Virus record (IMG/VR): IMGVR_UViG_3300031576_000065
Coordinates: 1-50,791 of that record
Length of the DNA: 50,791 nt
Source of the DNA: a virus
Taxonomy: Duplodnaviria > Caudoviricetes
Strand: one strand, 5' to 3'
The position numbers were made by a program, and so were the translations under genes. Under the pieces are notes generated by a model. It was not told the origin of the DNA and did no database searches. It was given only the letters and a program-made list of their open reading frames with translations. Below, piece by piece: positions 16,903-26,116 of the stretch (within the stretch, counting starts at the first letter, position 1; each line of letters begins with the position of its first letter).

Positions 16903-18660
16903 ATGTGCGGAATTGCAGGAATTTATATAAAGGATCCTTCTGTAGTAAAACATCATCCTAATTTCGAGAGGTTTGCAAACCAGCTACTTCTCGGAATTGA
17001 GGGTAGAGGAAAACACGCAACGGGGTTTGTCGCGGTAACTTTTGATGGACAGGTGGTAATGGACAAGGCTGATGAGGCTGCTTCAGACTTCATCAATTCA
17101 CGCGAGAGTATCCCAGAGGGTGTCCAAATACTTCTGTTGCACACACGATACGCGACAAAGGGAGACGCGAAGAACTATCGGAATAACCATCCGGTTATTC
17201 ACGGCTCCTGTTTTACGACCCATAATGGGTCAATCGACAACGACGACGATCTGTTTGAAAAGTATAAGTTCCAAAGGACGGCGGAGGTTGATACAGAAAT
17301 CCTCCCGGCTCTTGTTGGTATTACAAACTTTGAGCCAAAACGTATTCGCGATATCTTTAAGGACGTAGAAGGTTCGTGTGCTATGGCAACAATTGATCCG
17401 GTGAACCATCCCGGCAAGGTTCTTTTGCTACGCACGAACCATCATTCTCCCCTTTATCTTATCGACACGCTTAAATACACGCTATGGGCAAGCACACAGA
17501 CCTCGTTGAAAGAAGCGTGGGGTAAAGTTCTCGGTACGCCCCCAAATGCTGCTAAGTTCAAACATGTTCCATCATGGCAATTCTTAATTCTTGACGGCGG
17601 GGACAATCCAGTGAAATACGATCTCATCATTCCGCAGAATACGCAAAATTGGGCGGGCCATTATTCGGATGGCCGGCCGTCGGTAAGAGATCCTAAAGCA
17701 GAACTGGATAAGGAAAAGGATAAGAAAATAGAAGTATCAGAGAAAGCGAACCCCCTATCTGTCATAACGGAGGAAGTGCGTACTCGTGTAAGCAAGATGC
17801 GTCGTGAGGGTGGGGGCAAGGCAACTGATTGGGAGCATAAAGGAACAACCCGTCCGGGTCGCAAATGGTTGATGTGCGGTATCTGTCGCCATATGGTGCT
17901 CGAAGACGACTTCCTGCAAACCCTCGGTCGTGGGCGTATGTGTTGTGATTGTGCGGAAACATTCAATCTAATCGACGCCGAAAAGGCAAGGAACGACAAG
18001 TCGTTTCAACCCGCTGACGTAGGACTCCTAGAAGCCCTAAAAGAAGCTATGCCTGGGAATCTACGCACACGGATTAACGAATGGGGAAAGAACGAGGAGC
18101 AGGTACACTCGGCACTCATGGAGTTCCTCTCGGAGGGTACCGGGATTGATATTTCGGTGTTGGAGTTCCTGATGTTTCGTTGTCCTCAGGTGGGGATAAA
18201 GGATATGAGTCAGAATCTAATGTTTCTAATTGAGAAACTTTGGGAAGAATATGATTCAGAATATGACTCTCTATGGGAGGAAATTGATCCCGTAGGAACG
18301 GATGCCTTTTCAAATGTGCTGAAGAAGGTTGACGGCCCAAAAGAAGTAAACCTTGGGCGATCAGGCCAGGAAAAGGAAGGGTGGGTCTTCTCCAACGCGA
18401 ACGCAATTAAGAGAATCAACAACTGCCTCTTCTGTCGTAAACGACCAAAGACGAGGCTCATAATGGCAGATCGAACACAGTACGACTTCAATTATTGTGG
18501 TAAACACCATGAAAAATGTGGAGTCAAGGACTGTAACGGAAATGCTAATCACACGAGAAAGGATGGAATACGAGTGTGTCACAGCCATGCTCGTAGCATG
18601 AAGGAATGCTACGCAGATACTTTGCTGGCACAAATGGGGTACTCATTGGAGGCGGTCTAG
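16903..18660 (+). CDS. Class II (Ntn) glutamine amidotransferase with Cys-rich C-terminal extension
   Basis: Start MCGIAG at 16903 after GGAGG; RGKHATG, HTRYAT, NNHP, HNGSI, VDTE. Confidence 0.88.
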   Translation: MCGIAGIYIKDPSVVKHHPNFERFANQLLLGIEGRGKHATGFVAVTFDGQVVMDKADEAASDFINSRESIPEGVQILLLHTRYATKGDAKNYRNNHPVIHGSCFTTHNGSIDNDDDLFEKYKFQRTAEVDTEILPALVGITNFEPKRIRDIFKDVEGSCAMATIDPVNHPGKVLLLRTNHHSPLYLIDTLKYTLWASTQTSLKEAWGKVLGTPPNAAKFKHVPSWQFLILDGGDNPVKYDLIIPQNTQNWAGHYSDGRPSVRDPKAELDKEKDKKIEVSEKANPLSVITEEVRTRVSKMRREGGGKATDWEHKGTTRPGRKWLMCGICRHMVLEDDFLQTLGRGRMCCDCAETFNLIDAEKARNDKSFQPADVGLLEALKEAMPGNLRTRINEWGKNEEQVHSALMEFLSEGTGIDISVLEFLMFRCPQVGIKDMSQNLMFLIEKLWEEYDSEYDSLWEEIDPVGTDAFSNVLKKVDGPKEVNLGRSGQEKEGWVFSNANAIKRINNCLFCRKRPKTRLIMADRTQYDFNYCGKHHEKCGVKDCNGNANHTRKDGIRVCHSHARSMKECYADTLLAQMGYSLEAV

Positions 18661-19464
18661 ATGCAAGCATACCTGGCATATGTAAAGTCTTCTCGGCCTA
18701 CAGGAAAGTTCCTGGCGCGCCAGTTGGGTATTAATTGTGGAATCGCTGCGCCCGACGAATCTCTTGATGTATTAGTGCGGTGGGGCTCGCGAAGGCAGAT
18801 GCCTTCAAGTACTATTGAGTTAAATAACCCCACAGCTGTGTATAACGCAAGCGACAAACTTATGGCGCACTCGATGCTCCAAAACGCAGGATTATCTACT
18901 GTGTGGATGACTACCGACTTCGACAATGCCGTCCAAAACAGTGACGGGATCGTGTTGGGCCGTAATCGAATGGGGTGTGGCGGAAGGGATATCGTGGTGT
19001 ATCACAGTGGTGAACACCCTATTCAGCAGCACGACTTCTACACCCCGTACTTACATACAAAACGTGAAGTACGTATTCATGTCGTTCGAGACAAGGTTGT
19101 TCGGGTACAGGGTAAGTACCTGGACTTCCCCGAAAGGGCAGGAGAGGGGTTAATCAAAAATTATGCTCATGGATATCGCTTCCGATCACCAAAACAGGAG
19201 CTACACCGTCGTCGGAGGGAAGAGGCAATTCGCGCTATCCAAGCTCTAGGTTTGGACTTTGGAGCAGTGGATATGTTGGTAAATTCGGATAGAGATCACT
19301 ATATCCTTGAAGTCAATACCGCACCAGCATGTAGCCCTCTGACAGCCAGGTGCTATGCGGGGGAGATTGCACTACAGATAGAACGACAGACGAGTGGCGA
19401 GATTCGGCTAGCTTCAGAGATCCTTACCGCAGAGTTGTCTTACAACGAAACAGAATGGGAGTAA
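18661..19464 (+). CDS. ATP-grasp ligase (RimK-like)
   Basis: VRWG, ASDK, EVRIHV, ALGLDFGAVDML..ILEVNTAP. Confidence 0.85.
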   Translation: MQAYLAYVKSSRPTGKFLARQLGINCGIAAPDESLDVLVRWGSRRQMPSSTIELNNPTAVYNASDKLMAHSMLQNAGLSTVWMTTDFDNAVQNSDGIVLGRNRMGCGGRDIVVYHSGEHPIQQHDFYTPYLHTKREVRIHVVRDKVVRVQGKYLDFPERAGEGLIKNYAHGYRFRSPKQELHRRRREEAIRAIQALGLDFGAVDMLVNSDRDHYILEVNTAPACSPLTARCYAGEIALQIERQTSGEIRLASEILTAELSYNETEWE

Positions 19465-19509
19465 TAATCGCAAATATATGCTACTGAGGCACGAAATTTC
19501 CGGTAGCTC

Positions 19510-19538
19510 TTGACAACTCGGGAAGTTTGTGCTACCCT
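19510..19538 (+). promoter_or_regulatory. Sigma70-type promoter for the replication module
   Basis: TTGACA-17 nt-TACCCT with extended TG. Confidence 0.7.
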
Positions 19539-19702
19539 CCCCAATGTAGCTAATCTTTAGGACTAAAGTAAGCTAAAGTTAGCTTTGCTAAATAAAACTA
19601 ACCTTTAGTCCTTTACAAGCTAACATTTGTAAATATAGCTTTACTTCACTCTTAAGAGCTTTTTAAAGCTGAATAAAGCTACATGAAGAAAGGGGTGAGT
19701 TA

Positions 19703-20194
19703 GTGAAGATCATCAGTGGGTTCTGTAGTGGGGCCGACATTGGAGGCAGTAAAGCTGCCAAGGATATGGGCTTCGAGGTGGGTGGATGGGTGGGGTCAGG
19801 GAGTCTAAACAGCCACCCGGGGTGGTCTGAGTTTGGAGTGGTCGAGGTTTCAACCAGGGAAAATCGGACGATGTATAATGCCCTCTTATCCGATGCCACT
19901 CTTCACTTTAAACAGGGGGACGAGAACGTGACACATTTGAGCCTCACCCAGCACGGTGAGGGGTTTCACTTCCAACGCCCATACTTTGAGGTTGATGTGC
20001 GGGACTATGACCACATGATTTCTGACAGCGTGGTTATGGCCTTTCAAAAGTGGCTAGACTATGAACAGCCTCAGGTTCTCAACATCGCAGGCAACGCAGA
20101 CAAACGCATGGAGTCAGTTGTTTACGACTTTATGACAAGGGCCTTGACAAACCGTTCACCATCTGTTACTCTTAAGGAAGCCGCTCCCCAATAG
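19703..20194 (+). CDS. SLOG-family protein (YpsA/MoCo-carrier-like)
   Basis: KIISG..GADIG..RTMYNA..SDATL..VLNIAGN. Confidence 0.75.
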   Translation: MKIISGFCSGADIGGSKAAKDMGFEVGGWVGSGSLNSHPGWSEFGVVEVSTRENRTMYNALLSDATLHFKQGDENVTHLSLTQHGEGFHFQRPYFEVDVRDYDHMISDSVVMAFQKWLDYEQPQVLNIAGNADKRMESVVYDFMTRALTNRSPSVTLKEAAPQ

Positions 20195-20304
20195 GGAGTG
20201 CCAGGGCGAGTAATCCCCGCTGGCTAAGGTGTCCCGACATCGGACGTAAGAGACGTGGGCGGGGTCTAAGAAAGCAAACAAAAGGAGAAAGGACATGAAA
20301 ACAC

Positions 20305-20895
20305 GTGAAACGTATAGGTGTGAAGGTTGCACTCCTGGCGGTCGTTGCAAGTATGGTAATTCTCGTACTTGTCCCCACAGGCGCGATCGCGAAGTTTCGT
20401 CCAACAAGTCTGTCGGAGGTAGCCTCTGCGTTTGCGAGCCGGCCTGTAAGTGTCGAGTGTCGCAGCGTTAAAGAGGATTCAATCTTTGATTGGGCCTGGG
20501 GATACGTCTGGGCTCCCACATCCCGTTCCACAGTAACCTATATCTTTGATGAGGCATGTGTGGGGGCTCTTGCTATCGGGAGTGACATTTCGGAAATCAC
20601 AGATTTTATGAAAGCTATAGGTGCGGAAGTGTTGGTGCATGAGGCATACCACTTAAAGCGGGTGCCTGGAAACCAAAACGAAGCACTCACGGAGTGTAGA
20701 GCTATGCGTCACTACGACGTGGTACTCCGCATGTTGGGAGCTAGTGATGCCACAATGGACAGGCTCATGCCCATTATGCTGATCAACCATCTATACATAC
20801 GATCTGTATTCCCAGAATACAATCTGGAATGGTGTAGAATACCCGTAAGATATGACCGTTGGAGGGGCAACCCGCCGCGAGCCGAGGATGGCTAA
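20305..20895 (+). CDS. Secreted or membrane-anchored zincin-like metalloprotein
   Basis: N-terminal signal/TM segment; LVHEAYH..NEALTEC. Confidence 0.6.
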   Translation: MKRIGVKVALLAVVASMVILVLVPTGAIAKFRPTSLSEVASAFASRPVSVECRSVKEDSIFDWAWGYVWAPTSRSTVTYIFDEACVGALAIGSDISEITDFMKAIGAEVLVHEAYHLKRVPGNQNEALTECRAMRHYDVVLRMLGASDATMDRLMPIMLINHLYIRSVFPEYNLEWCRIPVRYDRWRGNPPRAEDG

Positions 20896-21914
20896 AGAAC
20901 CAGAAATTAGAACGTGGTATGCCTATGGATGGGCTATGTTTACCCGCTGTACGGCCTGCCATAGAATGCGTTATTGTAGAGGGAGGTCAAGAGGATTTGT
21001 CAAGTGTAAAGAATGCTATCTTACCCGTAGACCTAGTAAACCTTTTCCTGGCGAAGATTGAGGAGGATCGTCGTGAGCCTGACGGCTTGCTTCACTGCTC
21101 CTCAGACCTATGTTCGCCTCTTAGGTTTGTTCAACTACGGGCGGCAGGTGCGCCTGAGATACCACGTCCGATTATTCAGAACGTGCGTATGTTTCATGGC
21201 ACCCTATGGCACGAATGGTTCCATGCCACGCTAGAAGCGGCTGGAATCAAATTCATATACGAAGTAAATCTCAACAAGTGGCTGCCCGAAGGGTGGGGCG
21301 GAACAGCAGATTGGTTGTTTTGGCACCCCACACTTGAGGCATACTGCCTGGGGGATCTTAAAACAGTTAAGGGTGAGGGCCTATATTGGATCGAGAAAGA
21401 AGGAGCCAAGAAAGACCACATCTGGCAACTAAGCGCCTATTGGCACGCTATAGCCAAATCAGGCGTTCCCCTGGTCAAAGGATTTGGGATCATGTATTGG
21501 CCTATGAACGACACGAACGACACCGTGGCAATTAACCCGGTTGTCGAAGATTGTCAGCCAATCCCCGAGGATGTTATATACGGCGTGATGAATGGGAGAC
21601 GCCTTGAGGTTGAGAACTACTGTAAGGTGTACGCCGAGACAGGTGAGTATCTCAACGCAGCCTTGGCACCCATGCCTGATCGCGAACAGAAGATATACTG
21701 GAACAAATTACAGAATGTCTTTGATGTCAAGCTAGTACCTGTGTGGTACGAGCGGTTCTGCGACTTCGACGATACCCTCTGTCCCCGTTCCAGCACAGAA
21801 AAGATTGGTCAGTGGACTCTTTGGCGGCAGTACGTCCCCAGGCAGGGCTACGACCACATTAAACCGGAGGTAAATCCGAGTGCCAGCGATTACAACAAGC
21901 GGAGTGGTAGGTAA
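20859..21914 (+). CDS. PD-(D/E)XK exonuclease (Cas4/RecB-like); true start probably downstream
   Basis: HCSSDL, GTLWH, E, GTAD..GDLKT, QLSAY; next to ERF. Confidence 0.8.
   Translation: MEGQPAASRGWLKNQKLERGMPMDGLCLPAVRPAIECVIVEGGQEDLSSVKNAILPVDLVNLFLAKIEEDRREPDGLLHCSSDLCSPLRFVQLRAAGAPEIPRPIIQNVRMFHGTLWHEWFHATLEAAGIKFIYEVNLNKWLPEGWGGTADWLFWHPTLEAYCLGDLKTVKGEGLYWIEKEGAKKDHIWQLSAYWHAIAKSGVPLVKGFGIMYWPMNDTNDTVAINPVVEDCQPIPEDVIYGVMNGRRLEVENYCKVYAETGEYLNAALAPMPDREQKIYWNKLQNVFDVKLVPVWYERFCDFDDTLCPRSSTEKIGQWTLWRQYVPRQGYDHIKPEVNPSASDYNKRSGR
20888..21061 (+). CDS. Small Zn-finger protein
   Basis: CTAC..C..CKEC; overlaps the 5' end of the exonuclease ORF. Confidence 0.4.
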   Translation: MAKEPEIRTWYAYGWAMFTRCTACHRMRYCRGRSRGFVKCKECYLTRRPSKPFPGED

Positions 21915-22335
21915 ACTCCATGCGATCCAAACGGAGGGCTTTGAGGGACTTACGAAGGATGCTAAGAACCCGCACTTTCGGAATACCTACATTAGCCTGG
22001 GTAAGTTACTCGACGTAGTTCTCCCTAAGTTGAACGCAAAAGGACTAGTTCTATTTCAGACTCCTAGTGTTCTTGGGTTTGATAACTCGAAGCCGTCCCT
22101 TAAAACCGCTTTTGTTGATGTTGAAACAGGAGAGACGGTCGAGGGAGAGGTTCCTCTCATGCTAGAGAAAGATAACCCGCAGGGATTGGGTAGCGCGATT
22201 ACCTATGCACGTCGTTACGCTCTTATGTCCATGCTTGGCCTAGTTGCCGACGAGGACGATGACGGTGAGAAAGCTAGCCCTGTAAGGGAGGTTGTCAACA
22301 AGCCTGCTATCGTGGGCGAGAAACCCCTGTTCTAG
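21880..22335 (+). CDS. erf: ERF-family single-strand annealing protein
   Basis: KNPHF..Y, QGLGSAITYARRYALMSMLGL..EDDDG. Confidence 0.9.
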   Translation: MPAITTSGVVGKLHAIQTEGFEGLTKDAKNPHFRNTYISLGKLLDVVLPKLNAKGLVLFQTPSVLGFDNSKPSLKTAFVDVETGETVEGEVPLMLEKDNPQGLGSAITYARRYALMSMLGLVADEDDDGEKASPVREVVNKPAIVGEKPLF

Positions 22336-22349
22336 GCGAGAACAGACGA

Positions 22350-23270
22350 ATGTATCTCGCGCTAGATACTGAAACTACGGGCCTAGGCTTTTGGGATACG
22401 GCGTTCTGTGTTTCCGAAGCGTTCAGGGACGAGGGAGAGCTAATCTCCAACGTGTATTACCTGCCCCACCCAGAAGCAATCTTCGTGTGCAAGGAATTAG
22501 TGTTTCACAATGCCAAGTTTGACGTGCAGAAGCTAGTCCTCGCGGGCGCAATCAAAGGCCCACTGGACTGGACGGAGATACACGATACAGAGTGCCTGTC
22601 TCATTTAGTAAATGAACAGCAACCTAAGGCCCTTAAACGCCTTGCAAAAGAACTATTGGGATTGGACACAGATGAACAGGAAGTTCTACGCACGGCTAGA
22701 CGTAAGCTCAAGCTCAAAAAAGCAGACGGGTATGATGCACTTCCACGAGAGGTCTTGGAACCCTATGCTCGAAAAGATGCAGAATTCACGCTTCTTCTGT
22801 TTGAGCATCTTTGGCCGTTGGTTGAAGGCGACCCAGATCTGCTGAGGCTCTATCGAGAGGAGCAGGAGTTGATGGGGGTGCTGTACGATATGGAGCAGCA
22901 GGGGTTGGGGGTTGATATAGAGTACGTCAACAACCACACAAAGGAGTTGGCCGGAAGTATTCTCGAATTGGATTTACGTTTGAGAGATATGTCCGGGGAC
23001 GAAAACTTCAACCCTAATAGCCCTATTCAGGTAAAGAAAGTTCTAGCTGAACGGGGACTGGACTTGGAGTCTACCAATAAGAACGTGCTTAAAGCGGTCG
23101 AGGACGAGTTGGTAGATATTCTTCTTCAGCTTAGGCACGACACCAAGCTATATAGTTCATATTTCAAACCACTACAGGCTGAGGTACGAGAGGGAATCCT
23201 TCACCCGAACCATAAGCAATGGGGGACGAAAGGCCGGCGTTTTAGCGCGGGAGCTACAGATGAGGCATAA
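22350..23270 (+). CDS. Family A DNA polymerase, N-terminal piece (3'-5' exonuclease and thumb)
   Basis: DTETTG, HNAKFD, YARKDA, FNPNSPIQ, LHPNHKQWGTKGRRFS, then stop. Confidence 0.88.
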   Translation: MYLALDTETTGLGFWDTAFCVSEAFRDEGELISNVYYLPHPEAIFVCKELVFHNAKFDVQKLVLAGAIKGPLDWTEIHDTECLSHLVNEQQPKALKRLAKELLGLDTDEQEVLRTARRKLKLKKADGYDALPREVLEPYARKDAEFTLLLFEHLWPLVEGDPDLLRLYREEQELMGVLYDMEQQGLGVDIEYVNNHTKELAGSILELDLRLRDMSGDENFNPNSPIQVKKVLAERGLDLESTNKNVLKAVEDELVDILLQLRHDTKLYSSYFKPLQAEVREGILHPNHKQWGTKGRRFSAGATDEA

Positions 23271-23485
23271 TGGATAAACGAACTAAGAAGTTTCGGAATC
23301 AGGCCCATTTTCTAATCATAAGACCAACAGCTAGGGGAACCTGGACTGTTTGGGGCTACTATTATACCGAATATCCCAAACAAAAATCAAGGGTACAGAT
23401 TAATGAAACAAATCTAACCTTTGAGAACGCTCTTGTTCTCTGGAAAGAAATTTGGGAGGCGTGGTATAGCAATGATGAATTATAG
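23270..23485 (+). CDS. Hypothetical protein
   Basis: TAATG coupling to the polymerase N-piece. Confidence 0.55.
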   Translation: MDKRTKKFRNQAHFLIIRPTARGTWTVWGYYYTEYPKQKSRVQINETNLTFENALVLWKEIWEAWYSNDEL

Positions 23486-23651
23486 TGGAACTCCGGCAGC
23501 TCTTAGGCCAATTGCTGAGCAGGTCTTGTTATGGGTTAAGGAAGCTGAACCCTATTGGGACGCAGAGGAACTTAGACGAATAGAACTATGTGCATTGGCC
23601 GTGCGAGAATGGTCAATGTTTTTGGAGCTATATGGCCTCAAAATGGATTAG
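23472..23651 (+). CDS. Hypothetical protein
   Basis: ATG ATG downstream of GGAGG, within ORF 23421-23651. Confidence 0.5.
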   Translation: MMNYSGTPAALRPIAEQVLLWVKEAEPYWDAEELRRIELCALAVREWSMFLELYGLKMD

Positions 23652-24093
23652 TATAACAGGAAGTAGGAATTACCCGTTTAAGAAAGAAACTTGGGGTACA
23701 CTATCGGCTAATGACCAGTTGGACGCTATTGCCAAGGGCACAGCCCTGGTGCGTTTGAACATGGATCAGATGCCTTCCGAATGGGGTATTGTATCCGGGG
23801 GTGCGAAAGGCCCTGACACATGGGCGATAACTTATGCAGAAGAACAGGGCCGTGAAACATGTGTGTACCCAGCTGAGTGGAGCAAGTACGGCAACGGAGC
23901 CGGGCATCGGCGTAACAAACTGATTGCCACACACGCAGACTCCTGCCTCGTCTTTTGGGACGGGGGCTCTAGTGGAACCACCGGTTTCATAAAGGCAGCC
24001 TACGCGCTGCGTCGAGAGATATTTATCGTAGGACCGACGGGATCACCGTGGGCAATCTATGACCAAACTTATTGGGACAGGCAGGGAAGTTGA
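23632..24093 (+). CDS. SLOG-family protein (YspA/DUF2493-like)
   Basis: ITGSRNY..VSGGAKGPD..AGHRRN..VFWDGGSSGT. Confidence 0.8.
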   Translation: MASKWISITGSRNYPFKKETWGTLSANDQLDAIAKGTALVRLNMDQMPSEWGIVSGGAKGPDTWAITYAEEQGRETCVYPAEWSKYGNGAGHRRNKLIATHADSCLVFWDGGSSGTTGFIKAAYALRREIFIVGPTGSPWAIYDQTYWDRQGS

Positions 24094-24151
24094 ACCTCGT
24101 CCGTCCGATGCCGAACGTAGGTTCTACATAGGAACCGCGAGAGGAGGACTC

Positions 24152-24340
24152 ATGAAGGAGAAGCCATCCAATGGGCAGGTGGGAAAGACTGTCGTTCTCG
24201 GCTCAAGCGGGAACGTGCTCATCCGGCCTGACGGTCTCGTCGCCGAAGCGTGGGGCATCGGACCCAAGGCGGCAAAGCGCGAGAAGCGCGAGTCAGCATC
24301 GTCGCTGCTGCGAAAGACCGTACGCCTGATCGAGATCTAG
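24152..24340 (+). CDS. Small hypothetical protein
   Basis: GAGGAGG RBS. Confidence 0.55.
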   Translation: MKEKPSNGQVGKTVVLGSSGNVLIRPDGLVAEAWGIGPKAAKREKRESASSLLRKTVRLIEI

Positions 24341-24343
24341 ATC

Positions 24344-24484
24344 ATGAACTACTGGATAATTAAGACGTGGATCATTTTATATACCCTTCTCTTTGATTGG
24401 TGGTACCGTACCTTAGGTCGTAAGTTGTGGTTTCTGATAGGCCTGAGCGTTCTTCTTGCGTTCTATTTGAACCACAAGTTCTAA
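24344..24484 (+). CDS. Small hydrophobic membrane protein (46 aa)
   Basis: MNYWIIKTWIILYTLLFDWW..LWFLIGLSVLLAFYL; TAATG overlap with the endonuclease start. Confidence 0.45.
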   Translation: MNYWIIKTWIILYTLLFDWWYRTLGRKLWFLIGLSVLLAFYLNHKF

Positions 24485-24849
24485 TGGGTAAAGGCATATA
24501 TAAAAGAAAAGCTAGAATCGAAGATGTATTGTTAGTCCAAACAGAGGTAGCGTGGGCTGCTGGATTCTTCGACGGCGAAGGATGGAGTTATCTGAGCAAC
24601 AAAGGATTTCTTTGCATGGGTGTTGGGCAAAAAGATGTCCGAGCCCTTCTTCGCTGGAAGCAAGCTCTTGGGCTTAAAGCTTCTATCTATAAATCAGGCG
24701 GGAGAGAAATGAATCAAATTCGCCTTCACGGTGCTACCGCAAAGCATGTTATGGAGAATATGCTTTGGCCTTTCTTGGGAGAAGCTAAGAAAGAGCAATA
24801 TCTTCTGGTATTGGAGGCTGTCCGTGAACATACAGACGTTGCCACGTAA
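24484..24849 (+). CDS. Free-standing single-motif LAGLIDADG homing endonuclease
   Basis: VAWAAGFFDGEG..VGQKD..LWPFL..KKEQ. Confidence 0.8.
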   Translation: MGKGIYKRKARIEDVLLVQTEVAWAAGFFDGEGWSYLSNKGFLCMGVGQKDVRALLRWKQALGLKASIYKSGGREMNQIRLHGATAKHVMENMLWPFLGEAKKEQYLLVLEAVREHTDVAT

Positions 24850-25592
24850 AGATAAAGTGGTAAAACGAGCATTTATTCCAAAATTGGATTATCTATTGTT
24901 TGCGGACTATTGACGATCAGATCGAAATGCGTGTTCTGGCGTACTACATGAGCCAGCTTGGGGACAACAGCATGAGGGATGTACTAGCAGATCCAGACAC
25001 GGATCTACACAATGAGTCCGCCCGTGGTATCTTCCAAATAGACAGAAGCCCTACCGATCCTGAGCGTCAGCTTGGGAAGAACTTGAACTTCTCGATGGTG
25101 TACGGAGGCGGCAAACCAGCCGTCTTGCGTTATCTAACGCAGTTCAACAACGAGGGCGGAAATGTACCTGTCACCTGGAAGTATGCCGCTGAAGTGCTTG
25201 ACCGATTCCATATGCGTTGGCCTGGGATCAAGAGGGTCGTTAGCGCACTAGAGGTTACATACCGTGATCGTGGTTACCTTAAGACGGTGGCCGGGGCCCA
25301 TCTACACCCTGCAACTACTCATAAGATACTGAGTGCAGTAAACCAAAGCAGCGCAGCGGAAGTCATGCGTGCCGGTCTGCGTACATGTCATAGAGAGTTG
25401 CGGGAGTGTGAGTCACACCTGGTCACCGTTATCCACGATGAGTTCGTGTTTGATGTAAAGCTGTCCGAAGTGGACTACCTAATCGAGCACGTACCCACGT
25501 GGATGGACTATCCTAAGATTGGTAAAATTATCCCGGTTACTGTGAGCCTAGAATGGGCTCATACTAATTGGGCTGAAAAGAAAGGGCTTTAA
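24824..25592 (+). CDS. Family A DNA polymerase, C-terminal catalytic piece; frame broken at 24909-24914
   Basis: GGAGG then GTG: NIQTLPR..RAFIP..FADY [TGA, frame change] DQIEMRVLA; motif B RQLGKNLNFSMVYG; motif C IHDE. Confidence 0.85.
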
Positions 25593-26116
25593 TGGGTTAT
25601 GACGAACAGTTTTCCGAGCCTGAGTTTGAGTTTGAGCAAGAACCGACCGACGAGGAGTTGGAGTCTCTTGAAAAGGCTCTGGCCGACCCGGGAACTATTG
25701 CGTTCCTAGACCAACAGGAGGCAGAGTTTGATTCCGGCCGCGCGAAATGGGCTGCACTCCATGGATTTGACCACGAGTGTCATTGTTCCCAGGATTACAC
25801 AGATGGAGCTATTGGCTCCGTAACCCGATGTTTCATGCAACTGACTTCGCAAGCGCTAGCTAGGTGCGTGGAGGCAACTCATGAGATTCGGGTTTTCAGT
25901 TCTATGGTGGATGAGCTTCTAACCATGCAGAATGATTTGGTGAAAATGATGGAAAACTTTGGACACGAGAAGGAATTGCAGGAGTATTTCGGTGAGACTC
26001 TAGAAATTGAAGATGATGTTCTCAGTCAGATGGAGTTGCAGTTCACCGACGAAGATGAGCTGGGGTTGGAAGATGAAGGCGAGGGTAAACTAGATGCCGG
26101 AGACGACAAATCTTAA
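25592..26116 (+). CDS. Highly acidic hypothetical protein
   Basis: E/D-rich; HECHC; TAATG coupling. Confidence 0.7.
   Translation: MGYDEQFSEPEFEFEQEPTDEELESLEKALADPGTIAFLDQQEAEFDSGRAKWAALHGFDHECHCSQDYTDGAIGSVTRCFMQLTSQALARCVEATHEIRVFSSMVDELLTMQNDLVKMMENFGHEKELQEYFGETLEIEDDVLSQMELQFTDEDELGLEDEGEGKLDAGDDKS

Noticed and set aside
20859-21914. Cas4 as part of a CRISPR system
   Set aside because: Context beside ERF indicates a recombination exonuclease; no array or other cas genes.
23271-24823. One giant group I intron in the polymerase gap
   Set aside because: No GACUA/AAGAUAUAGUC P7 signature found by eye, and the second polymerase piece has its own RBS.
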